A DNA stretch of 58,231 bases, taken from contig JADZFY010000286.1 of the NCBI GenBank assembly GCA_020854215.1, positions 1-58,231 of the forward strand. Reading direction: 5' to 3'. The stretch is from Chitinophagaceae bacterium. GTDB taxonomy: Bacteria > Bacteroidota > Bacteroidia > Chitinophagales > Chitinophagaceae. Of this stretch, positions 10,073-19,653 are shown one piece after another (positions within the stretch are counted from its first letter, which is position 1; each line of letters opens with the position of its first letter). The notes below the pieces were generated by a model. The model saw only the letters and a program-made list of their open reading frames with translations, was not told the origin of the DNA and made no database searches. The position numbers were made by a program, and so were the translations under genes.

Positions 10073-11239
10073 ATGAATTTATTCGACGTTTATCCCATCA
10101 ACAATATCGCCATTATAAAAGCAAAAGGCTCTTATGTATGGGATGATAAAGGAGAGCAGTATCTTGATTTGTACGGTGGCCACGCGGTTATTTCCATAGG
10201 CCATACCCATCCGCATTGGGTACATCGTATCCAGGAACAACTTAACAAGATTGCATTCTATTCCAACTCCGTGAAGATTCCTTTGCAACAGGAGCTCGCG
10301 GATAAACTGGGAAAACTATCTGGTAAAGAGGATTACCAGCTCTTTTTATGCAACAGTGGCGCGGAAGCGAACGAAAATGCATTAAAGCTTGCATCGTTCC
10401 ACAACAAGAGAAAAAAGGTTGTGGCGTTCAACAAATCATTTCACGGGCGTACGTCCCTGGCCGTATCCGTTACCGACAATAAAAATTATATCGCACCGGT
10501 AAACGAAACCGACAATGTCATCTTTTTGCCTTTTAATGACGAACAGGCATTAGAAGATTGTTTTGCAAAGAACGGCAGCGACATTTCTTCGGTGATCATC
10601 GAAGGCATACAGGGTGTTGGGGGGATCAATGTAGCAGACGAGGATTTTCTAAGGAAAATCCGTAGCCTTTGTGATACCTATGGCAGTGTGTATATTGCAG
10701 ACAGCGTACAATGCGGGTATGGAAGAACCGGTAAATTTTTCAGTCACGACTTTGCGGGAGTAAAAGCCGATATCTACACCATGGCCAAGGGTATGGGCAA
10801 CGGATTTCCCGTGGCCGGTATTATTATTGCACCGCACATTAAACCACAGCACTTTCAACTCGGCACTACCTTTGGAGGTAATCACCTCGCCTGTGCTGCC
10901 GCGTTGTCCGTGCTGGAGGTAATGGAATCAGAAAAACTATTAGGCAACGCAGTAATGGTGGGCAAGTACCTAAAAGAGGAACTAAAAAATATACCGGAAC
11001 TGAAGAATGTGCGGGGACGGGGATTGATGATTGGTTTTGATGTGCCCGAAGCACTGAAAGACCTGAAAAAAAACTTATTACTGAATCAGAAAATATTTAC
11101 AGGGGAGGCAAAGCCTAATGTTATTCGTTTGCTGCCTTCTTTGGCATTAAAGAAGAGAGATGCAGAAGATTTTATCGAAGCAATTAAAGAAGAAATTGCA
11201 ACCATGAAAGGCAAAGAAGTGCTCACAACCGAATCGTAA
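10073..11239 (+). CDS. argD: Acetylornithine aminotransferase (class III PLP)
   Basis: NSGAEANE, SFHGRT, DSVQCGYGRTG, AKGMGNGFP, GTTFGGN; arg operon context. Confidence 0.92.
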   Translation: MNLFDVYPINNIAIIKAKGSYVWDDKGEQYLDLYGGHAVISIGHTHPHWVHRIQEQLNKIAFYSNSVKIPLQQELADKLGKLSGKEDYQLFLCNSGAEANENALKLASFHNKRKKVVAFNKSFHGRTSLAVSVTDNKNYIAPVNETDNVIFLPFNDEQALEDCFAKNGSDISSVIIEGIQGVGGINVADEDFLRKIRSLCDTYGSVYIADSVQCGYGRTGKFFSHDFAGVKADIYTMAKGMGNGFPVAGIIIAPHIKPQHFQLGTTFGGNHLACAAALSVLEVMESEKLLGNAVMVGKYLKEELKNIPELKNVRGRGLMIGFDVPEALKDLKKNLLLNQKIFTGEAKPNVIRLLPSLALKKRDAEDFIEAIKEEIATMKGKEVLTTES

Positions 11240-11270
11240 TATCAATTTCATGTTTTTAAACCGGTAAGCA

Positions 11271-12293
11271 ATGGAACTGGAATCAAAAGGTTTATTACAG
11301 GTGCCGCCTTCTGGTGTTGCACGCTTCGTTTCTGCTCATGATGTAAAGGATATAAATGCCCTGGTTCGCCGGGCACTCGAATACAAGGCTAATCCATTTA
11401 AGAACCAAACGATGGGTACACATAAGCGCATCGGTCTTTTATTTCTGAACCCCAGTATGCGAACCCGGCTAAGTACACAAATTGCAGCGCAGAATCTGGG
11501 TATGGAAGCCATCGTATTCAATGTAGGCAGTGAAGGCTGGGCATTGGAATTTGAGGAAGAAGCCATCATGAGCGGTAGTAAAGTGGAGCATGTGAAGGAT
11601 GCGGCCCCTATCATGGGAAAATATTTTGACATCCTTTGTATCCGTACTTTTCCTTCGTTGCAGAACAGAGATGACGACTACAGTGAATTGTACATAAACC
11701 AGTTTATTAAATATGCAGGTATTCCTGTGGTAAGTCTCGAAAGCGCCACGCTGCATCCTTTGCAAAGTTTAACGGATATTATAACCATCACTGAGGTTCT
11801 GCAAAACCATAAACCACAAACCACAAACCGCAAACCCAAAATTGTGCTCACCTGGGCTCCGCATGTTAAAGCACTGCCACAATGTGTAGCCAATAGCTTT
11901 TCGCAGTGGATCAATGCCTGGAAGGAAGCCGACTTTACCATTACCCATCCCGAAGACTACGAGTTGGATGAACAGTTTACCAAAGGTGCTACCATCACCC
12001 ATAACCAGGAAGAAGCGCTAAAAGGCGCCGATTTTGTATATGTGAAAAACTGGAGTACCTATACCGACTACGGAAAAATTTATTGCAACGACCCGGAATG
12101 GATGCTGACTAATGAAAAGCTGAGGCTCACCAACAATGCCAAAGTAATGCACTGCCTTCCGGTTAGGCGGAATGTGGAACTCAGCGACGAAATATTAGAC
12201 AGCTCCAATAGTATCATCACACAACAGGCTTCCAATCGGGTGTGGGCGGCGCAAGCCGTTCTGGCTGAAATATTACAGCACAAATTCTCATAA
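11271..12293 (+). CDS. argF: N-acyl(succinyl/acetyl)-ornithine carbamoyltransferase (ArgF')
   Basis: SMRT carbamoyl-phosphate motif, HPLQ, LTWAPH, HCLPVRRN: the AOTCase/SOTCase subfamily rather than canonical OTCase. Confidence 0.9.
   Translation: MELESKGLLQVPPSGVARFVSAHDVKDINALVRRALEYKANPFKNQTMGTHKRIGLLFLNPSMRTRLSTQIAAQNLGMEAIVFNVGSEGWALEFEEEAIMSGSKVEHVKDAAPIMGKYFDILCIRTFPSLQNRDDDYSELYINQFIKYAGIPVVSLESATLHPLQSLTDIITITEVLQNHKPQTTNRKPKIVLTWAPHVKALPQCVANSFSQWINAWKEADFTITHPEDYELDEQFTKGATITHNQEEALKGADFVYVKNWSTYTDYGKIYCNDPEWMLTNEKLRLTNNAKVMHCLPVRRNVELSDEILDSSNSIITQQASNRVWAAQAVLAEILQHKFS
11804..11838 (+). repeat. Heptamer tandem repeat inside argF'
   Basis: AAACCAT-AAACCAC-AAACCAC-AAACCGC-AAACCCA, encoding NHKPQTTNRKP. 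Confidence 0.8.
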
Positions 12294-12294
12294 C

Positions 12295-13092
12295 ATGATG
12301 CCAACCGCATTTGTAATAAAAATTGGAGGTAATATTGTTGATGACGACAAAAAACTAGACGCATTTCTACAATCGTTTGCAACCCTCCACTCCAACCATC
12401 TGCTCGTTCTGGTTCATGGCGGCGGAAAATTAGCGACAAAGTTGGCCGAACGCATGGGCATCACTCAGCAAATGGTGGAAGGCAGAAGAATTACTGATGC
12501 CGAAACACTTAAGATTGTAACGATGGTGTATGCCGGCTACATCAACAAGAACATCGTTGCCCGTTTACAGGCTTCGGGATGTAATGCCATCGGACTGAGT
12601 GGCGCCGATGGAAACGCGATATTGGCGCACAAACGTATCGTATCCGGGAATACAGACTATGGCTTCGCGGGTGACGTGGATACGGTGAACACTCCTCTGC
12701 TTGCAAATTTGCTGGAACAACACATTGCTGTGGTACTGGCACCTATTACCCACGACAAGAAAGGACAACTCCTCAATACAAATGCGGATACTATAGCGCA
12801 GGAAACGGCTAAAGCACTCTCCCGCGTTTATGACGTGACCCTGGTGTACTCCTTTGAAAAAAGCGGTGTACTCCTCGATGCAAACGATAACACAACAGTA
12901 ATCCCAACCATCAATCCGGCATCCTATCAGCAACTGAAGGATGAACAAAAAATTTTTGCCGGTATGATCCCTAAATTAGACAATGCATTTTCAGCGCTTA
13001 ACAACGGAGTAAAAAAAGTGGTAATTGGGAACGCTGAAGTATTAAAACAACTGCTTAACGGAGAAGCAGGCACAACCATTATCAATGAATAA
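12295..13092 (+). CDS. argB: Acetylglutamate kinase
   Basis: VIKIGG, VHGGG, GRRITD, NTNADT, GMIPKL. Confidence 0.95.
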   Translation: MMPTAFVIKIGGNIVDDDKKLDAFLQSFATLHSNHLLVLVHGGGKLATKLAERMGITQQMVEGRRITDAETLKIVTMVYAGYINKNIVARLQASGCNAIGLSGADGNAILAHKRIVSGNTDYGFAGDVDTVNTPLLANLLEQHIAVVLAPITHDKKGQLLNTNADTIAQETAKALSRVYDVTLVYSFEKSGVLLDANDNTTVIPTINPASYQQLKDEQKIFAGMIPKLDNAFSALNNGVKKVVIGNAEVLKQLLNGEAGTTIINE

Positions 13093-14173
13093 CACGATTT
13101 CCATATTAGCCGATGAAGCTATCCTTCTATTAAAACAACTCATCGCCACCCCTTCTTTCAGTAAAGAAGAAGATCAAACTGCCAGTTTATTGAGCGTATT
13201 TTTTGCAAAGAAAGGAATGCCCTGTTTCAGAATCGGAAACAACGTGTACGCATCCTGTGCACACTTTGATGAAAGAAAGCCTACCATTCTGCTCAATTCA
13301 CACCACGACACGGTAAAGCCCAATAAGGCTTATACCCTCAACCCGTTCAGCGCTGTGGAAAAAGATGGCAAATTATACGGACTGGGGAGTAATGATGCCG
13401 GAGGGTGTTTGGTTTCGTTACTGGCAGCATTTTTATACTTTTATGATCACGCAAATTTAAAATACAACCTTGTTTATGCAGCAAGCGCCGAGGAAGAGAT
13501 ATCGGGCAAAAACGGTATCGAATACCTGATGAACAGTCCTTCGTTCAATCCACCGCAGCGGCAATGGGCATTCGCATTAGTGGGCGAACCCACACAAATG
13601 CAAATGGCTGTTGCAGAAAAAGGCTTGCTGGTAGTAGATTGTAAATCCACAGGAGTTGCCGGTCATGCGGCAAGAGAAGAAGGCGACAATGCCATCTACA
13701 AGGCATTGAAAGATATAGAGTGGTTCCGGAGTTTTCGGTTTCCGAAGGTATCCGATTTTCTGGGCCCGGTGAAAATGAGTGTAACCGTAGTGGAAACCGA
13801 AAATAAGGCACATAATGTGGTGCCGTCGCAGTGCAATTTTGTTGTAGACATCAGGGTAAACGAGTTGTACGGTTTTGAAGAGCTATTGGCGATTATAAAA
13901 AGCCATGTAACCTGCGCTGTGCAACCCAGAAGTCTGCGTTTAAAGTCATCGTCCATAGCAATAGATCACCCCATCGTTAAAGCCGGGCTGGAAATGGGCA
14001 GAACCTGCTACGGATCACCTACTACTTCTGATAAGGCATTGATTCCCTTTCCGGCATTAAAAATCGGTCCGGGCGATTCAGCGAGAAGCCATACGGCAGA
14101 CGAATATATCTATTTAAATGAGATCAGGGAAGGAATAGAACTGTATGTGCAACTATTAAGTAAGGTGTTGTAA
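13085..14173 (+). CDS. argE: M20-family deacylase (ArgE-like)
   Basis: NSHHDTV, YGLGSNDAG, AEEE, GEPT, SHTADE; overlaps the argB stop. Confidence 0.85.
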   Translation: MNNTISILADEAILLLKQLIATPSFSKEEDQTASLLSVFFAKKGMPCFRIGNNVYASCAHFDERKPTILLNSHHDTVKPNKAYTLNPFSAVEKDGKLYGLGSNDAGGCLVSLLAAFLYFYDHANLKYNLVYAASAEEEISGKNGIEYLMNSPSFNPPQRQWAFALVGEPTQMQMAVAEKGLLVVDCKSTGVAGHAAREEGDNAIYKALKDIEWFRSFRFPKVSDFLGPVKMSVTVVETENKAHNVVPSQCNFVVDIRVNELYGFEELLAIIKSHVTCAVQPRSLRLKSSSIAIDHPIVKAGLEMGRTCYGSPTTSDKALIPFPALKIGPGDSARSHTADEYIYLNEIREGIELYVQLLSKVL

Positions 14174-14293
14174 AAGGATTTGCATATCACAAGAGTAGCT
14201 TGTTGTGCGCTACGCCCCCTCCAATGCCACCACAAAAAAATATTTTCCATAACTTTTGCTAACTTTAAGAATAACCAACTGCTCATACTCCAC

Positions 14294-14866
14294 ATGAGAG
14301 AAGATTTCCCCTTCATACCAACTTCGGGAAATGATGAACAATACCGTATAGCCATTGAGCGCATTTGCGATCAGTGCAGATTTCATTTGTACGGGATTGC
14401 ACTCAAAGTGGTGAAGTCTCCCCAAACAGCTTCTGATATCGTACAGAATGTATTTTTGAAATTGTGGGAAAACAGAACCCGCCTCTCTACCGTAAACAAC
14501 ATCGAAGCATGGTTATACACCATCACCAAAAATGAGCTTGTGGATTTTTTGCGTAAAACGGCTGCCGACAACCGGTTGAAGAATAAGCTGTGGGAGCAGA
14601 TGCAGGCTGCCACATCAGCTACCGAGGAACTTGTTGACTTTCGGCTTTGTAACCACCTACTTGAGAAAGCAGTAAATCGTTTACCCCCCCAACGTAAATT
14701 AATATACACTTTAAACCGGGATAACGGTTTAACCTACCGGCAAATAGCCGAAAAACTGTCCCTATCTACACATACCGTAAAAAATCATCTGTCTCTCGCC
14801 TTGCGTTCCATTCAGCGGTTTGTCTCCGGAAGCTTGTATCTCATCCTGATTTACTTCGCAGGTTAA
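14294..14866 (+). CDS. ECF sigma-70 factor (Bacteroidota FecI-like)
   Basis: DIVQNVFLKLW region 2 and LPPQRKLIY...GLTYRQIAEKLSLSTHTVKNH region 4; hydrophobic C-tail; adjacent FecR. ATG 14294 chosen over the TTG in the ORF track. Confidence 0.9.
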   Translation: MREDFPFIPTSGNDEQYRIAIERICDQCRFHLYGIALKVVKSPQTASDIVQNVFLKLWENRTRLSTVNNIEAWLYTITKNELVDFLRKTAADNRLKNKLWEQMQAATSATEELVDFRLCNHLLEKAVNRLPPQRKLIYTLNRDNGLTYRQIAEKLSLSTHTVKNHLSLALRSIQRFVSGSLYLILIYFAG

Positions 14867-14930
14867 AAAATAAGTTTCTCATTCATTGGCATACACTGAG
14901 ATTCGGAAGAAAATTTTTTTTTCAACCAAT

Positions 14931-14956
14931 TAGGAACTTTGTCCGCCTTCTTCGTC
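14931..14956 (+). promoter_or_regulatory. Putative ECF sigma-dependent promoter for fecR-susC-susD
   Basis: TAGGAAC-N15-CGTC upstream of fecR; the same geometry recurs after the second ECF gene (AGTAC-N15-CGTA at 57662). Confidence 0.45.
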
Positions 14957-14999
14957 ATTCTACAAAGCGCCATTTCGTATTCATATCTAGATCGTTGCA

Positions 15000-16007
15000 A
15001 TGCAGAAACGAATTCGCAATATTTTTAAAAAATTTTTGAGCAACACCGGCTCAAAAGAAGAATTTGATGAATTGTTCTTATTCATTAAGAAAGCCGAATC
15101 GGATAGCGAAATCCGCACCCTGTTGGACGTAACGCTTGAAACATCAGAAGCAAAAAACAATAACCCGGGAAGAATTGACGAAGGCTTAATCCAAAGCTGT
15201 GAAACAGACTATTCATTGCATAATCGCTCCGCGGTTCGCAGGATGGTTAACTCCCGTAATCGAAAAATACTGGGCTACTGCGCGGCGGCATGCACTATTC
15301 TGGTATTAGTTTGGGCATGGATGAATTATAGCGGGCGCCCAAACGGCCAACCCGCGGAATTAACAAGAGCGACTATTAAACGGGCAACAGAAAAATCGCA
15401 ATACAGGCACCTGTTGCTCCCGGACAGCACGGAAGTATGGCTGAATGCCGCCAGTGAACTCGAATTCCCCAAATATTTCCCCAATGACAAAAGAGAAGTT
15501 AAGCTTATAGGCGAAGCCTTTTTTGATGTGAAGCATGCGGATAAAATTCCTTTTGTAATACACACCGGAAAAGTAAGCACTGTGGTTTTGGGAACCGCCT
15601 TCAATATTAAGGCCTACCCGGATATGGATAAAATAACTGTTTCGGTTAAACGGGGTACTGTTCAGGTTAAATACGTTGACCGGCCGGTAGCCGTGCTGGG
15701 GGTAGGCGAACAGGTAAGCATTACGGTTAACGACAGCGCGGTTAACGAGAAAAAGTTAAGTGAAGCGGAAGTTTCGGCGTGGCAACAAGGTAAACTGCTG
15801 TACGATGATGACCGAATTGAGGACATTACAAAAGACCTGGAAAGAGTATTCAACACCCGTATCCTTGTTAACAACCCAATCGTAAGTGATACACGGGTTT
15901 CCACCACTTTTGCCAGAGACAAAGGACTTGAAAATGCGCTCGAAGTATTGTGCAGACTTACAGACAGCAAATGGCGTAAAGAGAATAATTTTTATACCGT
16001 CAAATAA
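15000..16007 (+). CDS. fecR: FecR-family anti-sigma factor
   Basis: Single TM helix, LPDSTEVWLNAAS, REVKLIGEAFFDV, VLGTAFNI, AWQQG. Confidence 0.92.
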   Translation: MQKRIRNIFKKFLSNTGSKEEFDELFLFIKKAESDSEIRTLLDVTLETSEAKNNNPGRIDEGLIQSCETDYSLHNRSAVRRMVNSRNRKILGYCAAACTILVLVWAWMNYSGRPNGQPAELTRATIKRATEKSQYRHLLLPDSTEVWLNAASELEFPKYFPNDKREVKLIGEAFFDVKHADKIPFVIHTGKVSTVVLGTAFNIKAYPDMDKITVSVKRGTVQVKYVDRPVAVLGVGEQVSITVNDSAVNEKKLSEAEVSAWQQGKLLYDDDRIEDITKDLERVFNTRILVNNPIVSDTRVSTTFARDKGLENALEVLCRLTDSKWRKENNFYTVK

Positions 16008-16102
16008 CAAAATATAATGGTACGCTCAGGAAAAGCTGCCAAACAATTTGTTCCGGAATTTAAAGTAAATCCTATTTCAGAATTTTTAAACCATCCAAAA
16101 CT

Positions 16103-19100
16103 ATGAGTTTTAATACGATGATGCATGGTGTACTTTCTCTATGCATTCAAAAATTCAACTTCCTTTTCCCCCTGTTAAAGGAAGCAAAAACGAAAGTGTT
16201 TTCCGTGAGTGTATGTTTAATGATTTTGATGATGACGGCTAACGGTATTCTCATTGCGGGAAATACCTCCACAACAGATTTGAGCCGTATCAAAATTTCG
16301 GTAAATCTCAAAAACGTGTCGCTTAAAACGGCCATCAGAAAGATAGAAGCTCTAAGCCAACTGTCCTTTTCTTACAAAACCAGTGATATAAGCCGATACA
16401 ATAACATCAGTTACACAACCTCGCATACCGGGCTCGACAGTGTACTATCCGACATCCTGGAAAATACTGATTTACGGTACGAAGTAGTAAACTCCAATAT
16501 CATCATTAAAAAAAGCAGAATAAATGTTGGGTATTCCGGAACAGGGGAACTGAATAGCGCACAGGCCGATGGCGGAATAAAAGGAAGAGTAACCACTTCT
16601 TCAGGCGACCCGATACCTAATGCAACTGTAATGCTAATTGGCACAGCAAAAATTACCTTTGCCAATGAAAACGGAGAATTCAGTATCACCGGGGTTAAAG
16701 CAGGTGTGTATAAGTTGCAGGTATCAGCGGTTGGTTTTGGAATAACCGTACAAAATGTAACGATAACAGACAATACCAATACCATTGCGGAAATAGTGCT
16801 TAAAGAAGGAGAAAACAATCTGGAAGAAGTAATAGTGACCGCGTTGGGTATCAAAAAAGAAAAAAGATCATTGGGTTATGCCGCACAGGAAGTGAGTAGC
16901 GAAGCGCTTTCTGCAAGCAAACAAGTGAATATTGTAAATGCCTTACAAGGCCAGGCGGCGGGTTTGCAAATCAACTCCGGAGGAGGCGCTCCGGGGCAGG
17001 GTGCAAAAATAATTCTGCGTGGCATCAACTCCCTCGATGCAAACAGAGAATTTCAGCCCTTATTTGTGATTGATGGTGTACCCATTGATAATACCACCGA
17101 CGTATCCGATGGTAGCAGCTTGCTCGGAATGGGTAACCGGGCAGCAGACATTAACCCCGATGATATTGAAAGCGTCAACATCCTGAAAGGGGGTGCTGCA
17201 ACAGCGCTCTATGGGTTACGTGCTTCAACCGGAGCCATCATTATTACCACCAAGTCCGGGAAAGCAGGGAGATTAAAAGCAAGCTACACAACTACCTATA
17301 GCGTAGATGAGATCAATAAATACCCCGAAACACAAAAGAAGTTTACACAAGGCTGGTTTGGCGTGTACGATCCTAACAGTTTTTGGTCCGCCTATGGCCC
17401 AACCGTTGCAGAAGCAAGAACAATTGACCCCACCCATCCGGATAAGCTTTTCAACAATTATAAGCATGGCTATATAACGGGAAATTCGTTTCGAAATACG
17501 CTTATACTATCCGGAGGTACAGACAAGGCAGTTTTAAACGGGTCTATTTCACAGTTTAATCAAAAAGGCATTATGCCTTTTACCAATTACAAAAACTATT
17601 CTGCCAAAGTAGGAGGAGAGTTAACCTTTTCTGAAAAATTCAGAATGGGCATGTCAGTAAACTATATAAAGTCGGGCGGCCGACACGGCAACTCCGATCG
17701 CTACAACGAAGTGCTCACCTATTATTCTCCCCGGTGGGATATATGGGACTATATTAAACCTGATGGCACCCAAAAAACAATCGTGGGTGCTGATATAGAC
17801 AACCCCATCTATCTATTATACGGAAACAAATATGTGGATGATGTTGACCGGGTAATTTCCAATGCGCATTTTACGTATTCGCCGGTAAAATGGCTCGATA
17901 TCAATTACCGCATAGGCGCCGATATATACAACGACAACCGCAGGCAAACAACTCCCGGGCCACTGGGTGTTCCCGATGAAATATACCCTGTCGGCGATTT
18001 TGAAGACGGATCCATTATGATCTACGACATTAACAACAGAATCATTAACTCTACCCTGATGCTAAACGTGCATAATAATATCGGCCCGCATCTTCAGTCA
18101 TCTTTTAAAGTGGGACACGATTTATATGACACAAGAAGAAGTTCAACATATATAAAGGGCAAATCATTTGCCGTACCTACGTTTTATAATCTCAGCAATG
18201 CTTCGAGTGTAGAAAAAAACTCCTATGAAAAAGACTACAGGATCATTGGCTTATTTGGCGACTGGACTTTAGGCTGGGATAATTTTCTGTATTTCACCGT
18301 AACCGGAAGGAACGACTGGACATCAACCTTGTCTAAAGCAAACCGTTCCTTCTTTTATCCTTCCGCAAGTTTGAGTTGGGTATTTTCAGAAAATCTCCAT
18401 CTTCCCGAATGGTGGTCATACGGCAAAGTGCGTTTTTCGTTAGCTAAAATAGGTAAGGATGCTCCGGCGTATGCCACATCTACCGGATACGATATTGGCA
18501 CTGCGCTTACAACAGGAGCATTACCATTTACCTTATCAACACAAAATGGAGACCTTAACCTGAGGCCTGAATTTACAACCTCTTATGAAGGCGGAGTGGA
18601 GCTCAAATTTTTACAGAACCGGTTAGGACTTGACTTCACCTATTACAACAACACCAGTAAAGATCTGATTATTCCTGTAAGTGTGCCGGTAACGAGTGGT
18701 TACAGCAGCATTTATCTTAACTCGGGCAGCATTCGGAATAAGGGAGTGGAAATCAGCTTATCCGGAACACCCATACAAACCAATAATTTTTCCTGGGAGG
18801 TAAAAGTAAATTATACGGCGAACAGAAATAAAGTGTTATCTATTTATCCTGATCTTACGGAAATGATCATGGCAAGCCATTATGGTTACCTGAGTGCAAC
18901 AGTTACTCAAAAAAATATTCCGGGACATCCTGTGGGCGACCTCTACGGGCGAACCTATATGCGTTATTTTGGAAGCGATGTGGAAAACCCGGCGGTTCTT
19001 GATAAAAGCCGTCCAATAGTAATCGGCGCAAATGGGTTTCCCACATTAAACCCATCTTCAAAACAGCAATACATTGCCAACACGCAACCGAAATGGATCG

Positions 19101-19642
19101 GCAACTTGAGTAGTACGCTTCGTTACAGGGCATTGAGCCTGTATTTTTTGTTTGATGCACAGCAGGGCGTTTACAGATACAATCAATTTGCCAACTTCCT
19201 TGCTTCCTTTGCGTTACAAAAAGGTGCTGAAAACCGGAACGACGTTATCGTGTTTGACGGTGTACTGGCAGATGGCTCAAAAAACACCAAGGCGGTTTGG
19301 TTAGGTCAGGGCGTTGGACCTGACGGCGTAAATTATGGCAACGGCTATTACAGGAATGTGTACAGAGGTGCTTCCGAGACGTTTATTGAAGATGCATCGT
19401 GGATAAGATTGCGAACGCTTTCACTGGGCTATACACTACCCGAGGGCGTTATTAAACGTTCCCGTTTTATTCAGGGTGCAACATTTAGCGTTACCGGTAC
19501 CAATTTATGGATTGATACCCAATACAGCACATTCGACCCTGAATCAAGTTCATTCAGCTCGGGCAGTGTGGTAGATGGTTTCTCCGGATTTACGTATCCT
19601 GCAACACGCAGTATTATTATCTCCTTAAACCTTAACTTCTAA
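16103..19642 (+). CDS. susC: SusC/RagA-family TonB-dependent transducer with N-terminal STN signalling extension
   Basis: LEEVIVTALGI, PLFVIDGVP, DINPDDIESVNILKG, AATALYG, C-terminal LNLNF; extra N-terminal STN-like and carboxypeptidase-regulatory-like domains. Confidence 0.95.
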   Translation: MSFNTMMHGVLSLCIQKFNFLFPLLKEAKTKVFSVSVCLMILMMTANGILIAGNTSTTDLSRIKISVNLKNVSLKTAIRKIEALSQLSFSYKTSDISRYNNISYTTSHTGLDSVLSDILENTDLRYEVVNSNIIIKKSRINVGYSGTGELNSAQADGGIKGRVTTSSGDPIPNATVMLIGTAKITFANENGEFSITGVKAGVYKLQVSAVGFGITVQNVTITDNTNTIAEIVLKEGENNLEEVIVTALGIKKEKRSLGYAAQEVSSEALSASKQVNIVNALQGQAAGLQINSGGGAPGQGAKIILRGINSLDANREFQPLFVIDGVPIDNTTDVSDGSSLLGMGNRAADINPDDIESVNILKGGAATALYGLRASTGAIIITTKSGKAGRLKASYTTTYSVDEINKYPETQKKFTQGWFGVYDPNSFWSAYGPTVAEARTIDPTHPDKLFNNYKHGYITGNSFRNTLILSGGTDKAVLNGSISQFNQKGIMPFTNYKNYSAKVGGELTFSEKFRMGMSVNYIKSGGRHGNSDRYNEVLTYYSPRWDIWDYIKPDGTQKTIVGADIDNPIYLLYGNKYVDDVDRVISNAHFTYSPVKWLDINYRIGADIYNDNRRQTTPGPLGVPDEIYPVGDFEDGSIMIYDINNRIINSTLMLNVHNNIGPHLQSSFKVGHDLYDTRRSSTYIKGKSFAVPTFYNLSNASSVEKNSYEKDYRIIGLFGDWTLGWDNFLYFTVTGRNDWTSTLSKANRSFFYPSASLSWVFSENLHLPEWWSYGKVRFSLAKIGKDAPAYATSTGYDIGTALTTGALPFTLSTQNGDLNLRPEFTTSYEGGVELKFLQNRLGLDFTYYNNTSKDLIIPVSVPVTSGYSSIYLNSGSIRNKGVEISLSGTPIQTNNFSWEVKVNYTANRNKVLSIYPDLTEMIMASHYGYLSATVTQKNIPGHPVGDLYGRTYMRYFGSDVENPAVLDKSRPIVIGANGFPTLNPSSKQQYIANTQPKWIGNLSSTLRYRALSLYFLFDAQQGVYRYNQFANFLASFALQKGAENRNDVIVFDGVLADGSKNTKAVWLGQGVGPDGVNYGNGYYRNVYRGASETFIEDASWIRLRTLSLGYTLPEGVIKRSRFIQGATFSVTGTNLWIDTQYSTFDPESSSFSSGSVVDGFSGFTYPATRSIIISLNLNF

Positions 19643-19653
19643 AACCACATACA

